In this document: positions 1 to 11,595 of the stretch, in pieces | Layout of the letters: every line of letters begins with the position of its first letter | How positions within the stretch are numbered: position 1 is the first letter of the stretch | Source of the DNA: Mytilus trossulus | Lineage: Eukaryota | NCBI RefSeq assembly: GCF_036588685.1 | Contig: NC_086373.1 | Coordinates: 93,062,001-93,126,000, forward strand | DNA: 64,000 nucleotides | Direction: 5' to 3' | Notes under the pieces: model-generated | What the model was told of the DNA's origin: nothing | What the model saw: only the letters and a program-made list of their open reading frames with translations | Database searches by the model: none | Position numbers and translations under genes: made by a program

Positions 1-360
1 AGGCAACGGTAGTAGACCGCTGCTCGAAAGTCATAAATTAAACTGATTAAGAGAAAATAAATCTGGTTTACAAACTAAAAATGTGATAAACACATCAAAT
101 ATAAGAGGAAAACAACAAACAACAAACAACAGAAACACTAAAAAACAGGCTATTGATACTATAAGTTAAATCTACTATTTCCATGTTATCAATTACTAAG
201 TAAGCAGTGAGACACATTTTTATTTAAGTTTTTATTTAGATAAGAGCTACAATTTTAGAAATCAAAAACACCTCCTAAACAATTAGAAATACATAGAAGA
301 ATCATAAAATGTCAAACAGAACAGGTCATTATCACTTCTGATAATCATTGGATCTTCCCT

Positions 361-2524
361 TTATATGCCAGTTTCACCTTGCTCGGTTTCTCCTGTGGGC
401 ATGTCCTGGCCGAATTCAGTGTTCTCATTTTCATTCAACTGTGGCATCATGTCAGATGGAGATGATCTAAAAATTAAAACAAGGAATTAATAAAGGAAAG
501 AAGGAAATAACTGTTTACTGAAAATGTGTTTTATTGTTACATTATAGTTCGTTTCTGTGTGTATTACATTTTAACGTTGTGTTGGTTGTTTTCTCTTATT
601 TTTGAGTTTAAATTATTGCGATAAGACGTGGCACGGTACTTATCTATCCCAAATTCATGTATTTGGTTTTGATATTATATTTGTAATTCTCGTAGGATTT
701 TGTCTGATGTTAGGTCCGTTTCTCTGTGTGTTACATATTAGTGTTATGTCGTTGTTCTTCTCTTATATATAATGCGTTTCCCTCGGTTTTAGTTTGTTAC
801 CCCGATTTTGTTTTTGGCCATGGATTTATGAGTTTTGAACAGCGGTATACTGCTGTTGCCTTTATTTACATTATGTTAAGAAGTTGATTGAAGGTTGGTT
901 GACAGTTCTATAGTATCCTTTTCATTTTTTTAAAGAAAATTTTCCACCAAACTTATTGCAGGTTAAACTGTTCAGAATTATATATTATTATATGGAATGT
1001 TTAGGAGAGATGTGAAAAAGTCGGAATAGTTTTAATCTAATGTAAAATTATAAAACAAATGAGTCTTTCATTGTGTTTTTTTTTAAATCAGCGTATGGTA
1101 TACTATTTAGACTCGTATGGACTAATTACGGATGCTTAATCCACTACATATGTTTTTAAACGACTTTCACTTGTATATGTTAGCGGAATGTTCTTTATGT
1201 AACACGTTGTTATCCAATCAACATTTAAAATCAACGTAAGTATAAAATCCTATCCAATTATGTATGAAATATATGGAGATAGACAAAAACACAAAACAAA
1301 TCATTATTTCAAATGCAACTTACCCTTCATTTTCAGGGAATGTCATGGCATGCTCACTGGAACAACGAAGACATTTGCAGTAGCAACGCCCTCTGTATAA
1401 GACTGATACATAATATCCACAGCGTTTTGCTCTACAATGGCCTTTACATCTGGAAGCACAACTTGCCTCTGCCTCATGGACTTAAACATAAAAATAAATG
1501 TAATGCGTTAATAGCTAATATAGGTATATGTTATTTGCTAATATTTCAGGGGATTGCTGTCTCATGTCTAAGCATGCCATACCTGTTCTTTTGTCATTTT
1601 ATGCAGCACTTAGTTTTTAAGTAATTTTCACAAAATGACCACAAAAAAGAGCTAAAACTTAAAGGGAGAATATTAATGACTGAATATGGTGACATAGTCG
1701 GAATGCATGCAAAAAAATATCTCCGGAGATCACATTAATGAATATTACTTTGATAAGAATAATTGATAATCTAAACCTAAATTGAAGATACAACGTTGAG
1801 ACAATGTCGATGCTCTTGGCAAAACAGAGAAATGAGTAAATCTTCATAATCATTGCCTTTGAAGGGTCTGTTTGACCAATACTAATACTGGTAGTTTGAA
1901 TCTAAAAAAATGTTTTACTCGCTGAGATGAAAGAAATCCCATTGTTTTCCATTATCCTACGTTTTTATTTTTATCTGTATCTGGTCATTTTATTTTTAAG
2001 AAATTATCGTGTTGATCGTGATTTAGACATCACATACGTAAAATGAACAAAACCATAAAACATAGGTATATTTACGACATAATATTGGTGCTGGTTTGAA
2101 ATATTTTCATTATTCATTTTTAAGACGAAATGTTTAATACGCTATAATTGATCTCATGCAGTTTTAAACTTCTTGTTAATTGATGAAATAGTCACAAATA
2201 TAAATCATTTTAACTGGAAATATTTATGAACTTCATTAACATATAGAGGTTTTGTAAATGTCACGTGCAGTTAAATGATATGAAGAGAATTGATCACACC
2301 TGTTTGTAAATTTTATAAAAGCTTAAAAAACCCTTAAAACTAAATGTCCTCATTGGAGACGCAAATACTTTACCGAAGTCGTTCTGAAGGAGAGTAAGCC
2401 AACGTAGAAAGGACATTTTAATCTGCATTAAAACATTTATATGACTAAATTAAAGTAACAAAATTATGTACATACCTGCAAGAATTGCTACAAGAGCAAT
2501 AGCCAGAATAAATGCTGCCTTCAT
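361..2524 (-). CDS. MytlB: Mytilin B-type antimicrobial peptide precursor (103 aa)
   Basis: Coding exons 2524-2476, 1480-1324 and 466-361 have GT/AG boundaries and matching phases (1, 2). Translation: MKAAFILAIALVAILAVHEAEA | SCASRCKGHCRAKRCGYYVSVLYRGRCYCKCLRC | SSEHAMTFPENEGSSPSDMMPQLNENENTEFGQDMPTGETEQGETGI. The mature peptide matches mytilin B as I recall it except R13K. Exon 2 starts at 2548; non-coding exon 1 is about 2975-2941 (donor GTAAGT); AATAAA at 236-231. Confidence 0.96.
525..868 (-). repeat. Interspersed high-copy repeat in mytilin B intron 3
   Basis: Ends in GCGGTATACTGCTGTTGCCTTTATTT. Related copies at about 1-140 (opposite strand), 4340-4590, 5135-5310 and 10080-10180. Confidence 0.7.
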
Positions 2525-2940
2525 ATTGGATCAAAAGTAGATATTGGTCTGAAATGAAAAGGATTGTAACATTATTGAAATACATATGAGATGTAATGAA
2601 AAAGGAGAGCATACAAAATATAAAATATAAACACATTAAACTTTTGGGTAGCATCAAACACGGAAGTTTGACAAATCTGGCGATTACAGCACTTTATTTA
2701 TATTTTTGTTTGAAAAATAAGAGACGTTTTTAACCCCACTGCGAGAGTGTTATTCGTTAAGGGTCCAGATTAATAAATATAACAGATTTATATTAAAATA
2801 TGCATGTTTTTATTAATTTGTTGAAATAATTCTGATTTATTGAAAAGGTAAGACAGAATACGCGTATTTCTAAAGATCTTATTTTTGATTATTATGATTT
2901 GAATACAGTGATACAATTTTTATTTAAAAAAACTACTTAC

Positions 2941-3045
2941 CTTATGTGTATGATTCAGATAGTCAGCAGGCTGTGATAGTAAATTGACAAATTAGCAGTT
3001 TTTATAACATTTGATTTTGAAATGACAATTCCGTCGGAGGGAAGT
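2941..3045 (-). promoter_or_regulatory. Mytilin B non-coding exon 1 and core promoter
   Basis: Minus-strand TATAAAAA at 3006-2999, conserved motif at 3028-3041 (plus-strand ATTCCGTCGGAGGG), and splice donor at 2940. Same layout in the three other intact paralogs. Confidence 0.8.
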
Positions 3046-5940
3046 AGGTTTGTAAAACGGATTTGCGTCTTGTTTTCTGTGTTATATCTATGTTATGTCG
3101 GAAATATAGGCGTTTACAAAACGTGTGTAGCACAACAAATAGATATCAGAAGATTTGGTATGAATGCCAAAGAAAAATTCTTCATCCAATTAAGTTACAT
3201 TTTTTTAAAAGTAAACCATTATAGGTGAAAATACGGTCTTCAACACGGAGCCTTGTAAAACCATCAAACAGGACCACCTATGTTGAAATGTATATAAAAA
3301 ACGTAAAACAAGAAGCACTTATGAACCACACCAACAAACGACAACCAGTATACAACAGGTTTCTGATTTAGGACCGGTGCAAACCAATGCAACTGGTTTA
3401 AACGTTTTAATAGGCGCTAACATTCACCCTAACCTGAAATAGTAGTGTAACATTACAACATAGAAAGACACACTATAACATATAAATTGAAATGGCCTAT
3501 CTCAATCAAAAGACATATTAACAAAAACAAGTAAACTTACACTGACCATCCGTGATAATATCATGCGCTGATGTCAAAGAAAGCTTCTATCAACAATCTG
3601 TCGAAAGTAACTTGAGAAGACACGAAAGGAAAAGACTAACAAAGAAAAAGATTAGGCCATGCTTTAGAAAAATAATTTGGGACACCACTAGTTAAAAAAA
3701 TATACCAAAGAAAGATTTAACAACATAAATGTCACTAAAACCGTCGAACTGGTATCCAATCTATCTACTTGCAAGTGCTCATTAAGTCGAGAAGTCGAGA
3801 CTATAATTGATTTTCACAGCTTGATATCGTTTTTTTTTTAATATAATATATTTTAATGATACAACGGAAAGGCTACAAACAACGACCAAAAGATCATTTT
3901 TCAGTTCTTAATCGAGTGGAATATTCAGTATCTAAATCATCAGTTGGTTGTCCACATTTAAAAGAAAAACGACCTCATTGGGAAAAAAACCTTCTTGACC
4001 TCCTTGTCCTTTAATCTTTCGGAGGTCTTATTGGTAATTATACCGCAGCTCCTTATTTTCATACTGAATGTATGTTTATTATTCCGTATGAACCAAGCAT
4101 GAATGATAAATGAATAATACAGCAAAATGTATTTTCATGATTGAAATTTAACTATTCAGAGACACGCAACACAGAAATGCATTTACATGTCATACTACAT
4201 ATTATATTTTCAAGCTATCTTGTAGTGAACTAATTTCATTCTTTTAAATTTTATTTACAAACTAATTCAAATTAAAACAAGTGAAGTTTTGGAGTTTTTT
4301 TCAAATTATGTTTTTGGATATTTTCATTTTTGTAATTTGACTAGCACAAAACCAGGTTTAATCAACCATCTTTTTCTTGAAATGTTCTGTACCAAGTCAG
4401 GAATATGATATTCATTTATCAAATAGTCCGTTTCTATATATGTTGACGTTTTTTTTGTGACAGTTCATTTTTTCTGTTTTCCTCTTATAGTTGATTTGTT
4501 GCCGTCGGATTTGGTTTGTGACCCAGATTCTTTTCGTTAAAAATCGATTTATGACTATTGATCAGTGGTATACTACTTTTGCTTTTATTTTCATATTCAA
4601 AACTGTGCTTTTATGCACCGAATAGTTTTTTAAGTGAATCATAGAAGCGGCTGCATTCTGAAATAGATTTAATGGCAAGTTGCGTATCATAACATTGGAT
4701 AGTTCTAAAAAGAATTATAAATATACGATTATGTGGTAAAATTGACAATTAGACATATCTTAAACAGAGACCAAATAACATAGAAGTTATTAGTTGTAGG
4801 CCATCATACGACCTCCAAAAATAAACAAAACCCTTATCGCATAGTCAGCTATAAAAGGCGCCAAAACCCCATTTACCTCGGACAATGCAATATATAAGAA
4901 CCATAATAATCATTATATGTATTCTACAGACTCGGCTGAGTATTCAACAATGTCACAATATCGTGATGCATTTCTATTTCCTCTTGGAGACATACATGGC
5001 TTTTTTTGTAATGCATCCAGTTATCATTTAGGGAGGGAGTATGTTTGTCTGTTTGCCTTTTCTCTACGAAAGAAAGTGACTCATTTATTTAACTTTTGCC
5101 ATCCTGAAAACAAGTTATTTTACCAAATAGAAGCAATAGTAGTAAACCACTGTTCAACAGTCATAAAATCGATTCAGTGAAAATAAATCCGGGTTACAAA
5201 CGTAAACCAAGGGAAAAAAACATCAACTTTAAGAAGAAAAACCTTACAAGAGAAACACCGAATTGCAACAAAAACAAACGCCAACATACATAGACACTGG
5301 ATATTTTATAACAAAAGCATATATGTTTTTAGTCGTATTTAAAAGCATAAATTTGTTAACTTAAAGTTTTCACTTCGTTTTTGCTCGGCTTTCTTCCTGT
5401 TTAGACTGGAGTCAATAGGAAGACAACTCGTGCCTCTGTCGTACCAAACTGTATTTAAGATTTCTTCCAAACTAATACCAGACGTCTTTCGACAAATACA
5501 TTTAAAACAAAATTTGGATTCATTATTAATTTAATAGATAAAAAATAAAGGGCAATTGGTAATATTAAGTCCCAAAATGATCAATTTAACCGTAAGTGAT
5601 ATCAACCGGTTAATGATTTTTAGTATTATATTTTAGACCTTTCCGACAGTTTACGGGTTAAACGAGAAAAAAAAACCAATCAAGTATCAACTCCAAAAAT
5701 ACACATAGACCAATGATGTAAAGTACGCCGCCATAAAAAAGCATCTGAAACTATGTGTGAATCGTTAAAGGGAAAGAAGATGATACAAGAAGAAAACCAG
5801 ACTGTACTGTAGCCTTCTGTCCTTGGATAGTCTTCAGAGTATAAAGGGGTACAATAAAATTATAAGATTTATGGTAAACATAAGTTCAACACGACTTAAC
5901 CATAACCACTCTCTTAAATTATAATCCTTCCAAGTGTTTT

Positions 5941-6075
5941 TGTTATTTGTTCTGTTGACCCGGTTATTTGATGTTAGTGATCGAATAAGTTTCCGATCGG
6001 AAGGAAAAAAAATGTTGCTGAACAAATAAATTGTATCCGAATCAGTAAACAAGCAGTTAATAAACATTGTATAGT
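5941..6075. promoter_or_regulatory. Conserved non-coding block, candidate mytilin enhancer (copy 1)
   Basis: Highly similar to 19561-19690, including an identical 30-mer AAATGTTGCTGAACAAATAAATTGTATCCG; a weaker copy lies at about 35272-35402. Function is inferred. Confidence 0.45.
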
Positions 6076-6754
6076 TTATGACCCTATTAATCTAAACAAG
6101 AAAAGACTATTGTAAGATGTGCATTATAGATTTGATTGAAAGAGCATATTCCAAATAGCAGTTTACTACCTAAAATGTCTGTCTCTTAGAATTGAAGAAA
6201 GACCAGGGAAATAATTATCAGATATCATGTCTTTTTCTGGGAATTGCTCAAGCAGATTTGCTTGTTTTAGTAATTATATTAGCTTTTCTTAATCTTTCCA
6301 CTTTCCTGCTCAATAATGTTTCATAAAACAAATAGTCTTGAATGAAGCAGCACACAATTGAAATAACCTACCGAATTATACTTGTTATCGTATTTGTCCT
6401 TCAAGAATAAACGATGGGTGCCACATCTGGATCAGGATTTACTAACCCGTCCGGGACACCTGAAATAGATCCCGTATTTTGTTGGGGTTTTGGTTGCTCA
6501 GTGTTGTTTTATTTGTTGAATTTTATATACTGTCTTTTGGTCCCTTTCTTTAATTTTGCCATATCGTTGTCACGTATTTTCGATTAATGATTTTTAACCT
6601 TCCTTTGGTATTTGATCTCTCTTTTAATGTCATTGGAGAACCGATTGTATCTTGATGTACCTGTTGACTAACTTATGTGAATATCATTTAAAAGTATGGT
6701 GCTCAAACAATAGTTGACTTGTATTACATTTTTAAAAAGGTATGCCTTCAAACA

Positions 6755-6790
6755 AGATACTTTTAGATACTTTTAGATACTTTTAGATAA
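6755..6790. repeat. 10-bp tandem repeat (AGATACTTTT) x3.5
   Basis: Directly visible in the sequence. Confidence 0.85.
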
Positions 6791-7351
6791 GGAACTTATA
6801 AAGATTGATACTTTGGGGAGGAGTTGAAACCTAAATTTCGTATTAATTTCGAAATCTATAAACGGATAATTTACGATCTGTTTATTATCAATCTTGTCAG
6901 CAACAAAGTACTGAATTCTTAGCAGATGATACCCTCGAGGAGTAATTGTCACATAGCAGGGGTTTCGACCAAATGCTATGAAAAATGAAAAAAAAACCTT
7001 GATAATTTCTTGCGCCTCACGCGCTATTCTGGATTTACGTTAATCAGGACTACACATTTTGTCGATTGGATTCTTTTGTATACCTATATATTGTTAGACA
7101 ATTCATCAAGGATAAGGGTTTATCTTCAACGCATGGTTTTGCTATATCGTATATTTTGTCATTTTTGAATATGGTAATGAGAGCAAATCTTTAATAGTAT
7201 CTGTTAAATTTGTTGGCATCTCTTTATACTGTAGAAGATAAGACCAGGGCATTTTGTAGAGACCACTATTTTTTTGTAGAACGCCATACATTGTCGTCCA
7301 GATGTTTGTTATTGTAACGTTAGGTTGCTGTCTCGTTGATGTATAACCCAT

Positions 7352-7526
7352 AGATTTTAGTAAAAAAAGTAAAAGTAAAAAGTAAGCATCACAAAAGTCA
7401 GTTAATCGCATGAGTGTTAACGGGACCAATTATGTTACAGATTTTAGTAAAAAAAAGTTTAAAAAAAAGTTAAGCATCACAAAAGTCGGTTAATCGCATG
7501 GGTGTTAACGGGACCAAATACGTTAC
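7352..7526. repeat. Tandem duplication of about 88 bp
   Basis: AGATTTTAGTAAAAAAA...AAGCATCACAAAAGTC...GTGTTAACGGGACCAA occurs twice in direct succession. Confidence 0.85.
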
Positions 7527-7761
7527 TACATATCTAGATCCATTAAAAAAAATAATCACAAGTAATTTTTGTCACTAAATATGATTTTGAACTGTAAAAT
7601 TTGTACTTCGTTGAAACACAGTTCTACTTATAATGAATATTTATTGTATCAGAACTACAATAACAGAAATTAAATTGAAAAAGAACAATTGCATTAAACA
7701 TAAGTACTAGTATATAATTTTAAAACAGAAATGGTCATCATCACTTTATTAGACCTCCTTG

Positions 7762-10518
7762 TTATATGCCAGTTTCACCATGCTCGGCGTGTTCTTTCGG
7801 TGTATTCTCCGCGAATTCATTGTTCTCATGCGCATCCATCTGTGGAAAAATCTGAGATGATCTAAAAAAGAACGTCAATAAACTCATCATAGATACCAGG
7901 ACTAAATTTGTATATACGCAAGACGTGCGTTTCGTCTACAAAAGACTCATCAGTGACAATGGAAATTAAAAAGGTTAAAAAGGCCAAATAAAGTACCAAG
8001 TTGAAGAGCATTGAGGACCAAAAGTCCTAAAAGTTTTGCCGAATCCAGCTAAGGTTATCTATGCCTGAGGTAGAAAAGCCTTAGTATTTCAAAAATTCAA
8101 AATTTTGTAAACATATAATTTATAAATATAACCATATCAATGATAATTCATGCCAGCACAAAAAGGGCTGACTACTGGCCTTGTGATACCCTCGGATAAA
8201 TAAATCTCCACCAGCATTGGCATCGACCCAGTGGTAGCAAATAAACTCATCATAGATACCAGGACTAAATTTTGTATATACACCAGACTCGCGTTTCGTC
8301 TACAAAAGACTCATCAGTGACGCTCGAATCCAAAAAAAGTTAAAAAGGCCAAATGAAGTACGAAGTTGAAGAGTATTGAGGACCAAAAGTCCTAAAAGTT
8401 TTGCCAAAACCAGCTAAGGTAATCCATACCTGAGGTAGAAAAGCCTTAGTATTTCAAAAATTCTAAATTTTGTTAACAGGTAATTTATAAATATAACCAT
8501 TTCAATGATAATTCATGTCAGCACAAAAAGGGCTGACTACTGGGCTTGTGATACCCTTTGGGGAAATAAATCTCCACCAGCAGAGGCATCGACCTAGTGG
8601 TTGTAAATAAACTCATCATAGAAACCAGGACTACATTTTGTATATACGCCAGACACGCGTTTCGTCTACAAAAGACTCATCACTGACGCTCGAATCCAAA
8701 AAAGTTAAAAAGGCAAAAATGAAGAACGAAGTTGAAGACAATCGAGGACCAAAAGTCCTAAAAGTTTTTCCAAATCCAGCTAAGGTCAGCTATGCCTGAT
8801 GTAGAAAAGCCTTAAACAAATATTTATATATATAAAAAGTAAGAAATGAGTTAAACTTTTAGATCTATGAGGTTGATTGAAGTATACAGTTTGGCTGGCA
8901 GTGGTTATCTACTTTACTCTTGCCAAGTAAACAGTCAACTAATTTCAGATTCTGTTAGATGAAGACTTTACCATTTCCCTTCTCAATTTTATTCTAGATA
9001 GCGATACAGATAAAAAGACTGTGCATTTATAATTTATGTATCTCCACAAACCCGTCCCGTGGTTACCTTTAACCGCCTATGAAGTTTATACTACGTATCA
9101 CTTACATAATGAGACAGTTATAATTTCATGGCAATAGAAGCAATAGAAAATTGATCAAGAATCGGATCGATAGTTTTTGGATACAAAGGTTTGATTAAAA
9201 AATCAATATATCGTCTAGTGTGTTGTTTTATATGCAAATACACTGATTCGAATTGACTGAAAAATGAGACTAAATCCACTGCATATGTTAGGTAAAGACC
9301 TCAATATATTTATATTACAGATTTTATTGAGCTCTTTGGATGGTTCCGTACGGCAAGATATATCATCTATCCTTCTATTGCACATTTACAATAGAGCCTC
9401 ACTTTCAATTTTTCAACTGATGCATGCATACAATATTTTACATAGTATATTTTCTATATATTCAAATTGCAACGTACCCTTTATTTTCAGAGAATTTCAG
9501 ATTTTGCACACTTGCACAATCTAAACATCTGCAGGTGCATCGATTTCCATAAGCGAATGCTGAATAGCATTTATATCCTTTGCTTCTACATCGATTTCTG
9601 CATCTGGTACGACAATCTGCTTCTGACTCATCAACTAAAAGAAATTACAACATAGATATATCAATAAAATGTGCTTATATTGTTGTCGAATGTATAACTA
9701 TTAAACCCATAACTTTTATAAGCTTCTTTACAGGGTTTTTCGGAAAAAACATATTTGGGATCTAGATTCTTCTCGAAATGGACAAATCACATGAAAGAAA
9801 TAATTATGAAGAAACTGGGTTACCTTCGTGTAAAATTTATAAATGTTTTTTTTAAAAAAACCGCTGAATCAAATCGTCTATTTATCGAAACCACGATCCA
9901 GTTCTCTTTTTATTTGGTTCTGACGTCCCTGAATTTGTTATAGCCATAATCGATACAATATGTGCCACATGTTGAGCAGAACTGCAACTCATTTAGGGCA
10001 CATGCTATTACACCTGGGTCTAACTTAGGCTCGTCTTGCTCAGTCTTTAGTCTTTTATGAAGTGTTTTGTAGACTGTCTCTATAGTTGGTTTGATTCCCT
10101 CGGTTTTATTTTGTAACCCGGATTTGTTTTCTTTCAATCGATTTATGACTTTTGGGCAGCGGTATACTACTGTTGCCTTTGTTTGTTTTTTCGTCGTTTT
10201 TCGTGAATTACCTTGATATTGCCTGGTTTCTTTTAACACGATTTTGTTTGTTCTTCCGGTCACAATTTTGTTCATCCTTTTCATTCACAGTTTTGTTAAT
10301 ATTACGTCCCAAAAGTTCTCATACTGCAATGTGCTGTGTCAAATATTTTGCCGTTATCGTTTATTATTGATAAAAATAACACAAAAAGGACTTTACATTT
10401 TAATAAGCTGGTCAAAAGATCATGTATCATTAAGTTATAGAAACACGCATTATGTGGGGTACATACCTAGTATAAGAAGTACTGCAAGGGCAATAGTCAG
10501 AATAATCGGTACCTTCAT
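7762..10518 (-). CDS. Divergent mytilin precursor with shifted 4th cysteine (102 aa)
   Basis: Coding exons 10518-10467, 9634-9478 (157 nt, same length as in paralogs) and 7861-7762 have canonical GT/AG and an open frame. Translation: MKVPIILTIALAVLLILVDESEA | DCRTRCRNRCRSKGYKCYSAFAYGNRCTCRCLDC | ASVQNLKFSENKGSSQIFPQMDAHENNEFAENTPKEHAEHGETGI. Exon 2 starts at 10547; exon 1 is about 10960-10920. Confidence 0.9.
7876..8814 (-). mobile_element. Non-LTR retrozyme array: about 2.6 tandem units of 363-366 bp, each with a type I hammerhead ribozyme motif
   Basis: Units start at 7878, 8241 and 8607. Minus-strand consensus GCGTCA-CTGATGA-GTCT-TTTGT-AGAC-GAAA-CGCGNG-TC-TGGCGT reads as stem I, catalytic core, stem II, short near-palindromic stem III and a GUC cleavage site. 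Confidence 0.88.
8279..8325 (-). ncRNA. Minimal type I hammerhead ribozyme (best-preserved copy)
   Basis: Minus strand GAGCGTCA CTGATGA GTCT TTTGT AGAC GAAA CGCGAG TC TGGTGTA. All core nucleotides are intact, stem I pairs with G-U wobbles, and cleavage is predicted between 8286 and 8285. Confidence 0.8.
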
Positions 10519-10917
10519 ATTGGATCTCAAGGAACGTTGAAATTGATCTGAAAATAGATAAGCTGTTTCATCTTTGCAATATACAGTATGGCAAAAAAAA
10601 AAAAAAAAGAAAGATACACAGTAGACTCTATGGTGGTATCAAATACAAAATCTCAAGCAAAATTAAACGACTTAAGTAAACGGTCAAGAATACAACACTT
10701 TTATAACTTTAGTTTTTTTAAGTATCAATAGAGATTTTCTACCCCTTGCCCTGAGGTAATTATTTAGAATGCAGATGAATAAATGAAGCAGCATGTTCAA
10801 TAAGTATCTTGATACACCGTTGATGTATTGAAAAGGTATTTCCTAAGATTGATATGTTTTGATTATTATAATATGATCGTCTTCATACAGTGATACAGTT
10901 TACTTTGACAAAGTTAC

Positions 10918-11030
10918 CTAACTTATGTATATGATTCAGTAAGTCAATATGCAGTTTATGTAAATTGACAAATACGCGATTTTCTTTTATAATATTTGTT
11001 CCAGGGACAACGATTCCGGCGGACGGGCTT
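10918..11030 (-). promoter_or_regulatory. Exon 1 and core promoter of the divergent mytilin
   Basis: TATAAAAG at 10991-10984 and conserved ATTCCGGCGGACGGG at 11013-11027. The homologous donor is mutated (GT to TT), with AG|GTAACT available 4 nt further on. Confidence 0.75.
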
Positions 11031-11595
11031 CGGTTCTATTTTTGTCCTGCGACGGAAATTCGTTCTGCTTGTTTACTATATTTTTTCTAAAATCTAGGGC
11101 GTTTATATGTAAAGTTTAACATAAAAGGACTAATCAACACTAATTGCTCTAAACACAGACCAGTTCGACACTCGATGAATTGCTGATTGGACATATATGC
11201 AATTTTTAATAGTAATCTATAAGATGATATATTTGATATATGTGCCTTGGTAAATTAAGGTAGCACAATAATAAGATTTTTTCAGTCTTAATCAGACAAC
11301 TTTAAACTGATGTTATTCATTTCATCTTACTTTATATTCTATAATATTTGTTTAATCTTTCAAATTGGGATAATTTCATTATGACCTAATTATTACATAA
11401 TTTATTGTTATGTAATTAGTTGCTATATTGTGATGTCCACACTCGAATTTAGCGTCTTTAGCATCCCAAAATATTTTAAAGATTCATGTACAACACAGCT
11501 TGACCTCCAAAACAGTGTCTCAGATTTCCAAAATCATCAATAGAACAAATTTTATACCCAATTGAATTTAATAATCTCTTATGAATTGATGTTGC

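Noticed and set aside
1313-1624. Plus-strand ORFs at 1313, 9467, 9580, 10244, 16953, 20146 and 24176
   Set aside because: They are antisense shadows of mytilin exons; the real reading frames are on the minus strand with splice support.
7876-8814. Possible CRISPR-like array
   Set aside because: Eukaryotic DNA, and the whole 365-bp unit repeats with no unique spacers; better explained as a retrozyme.
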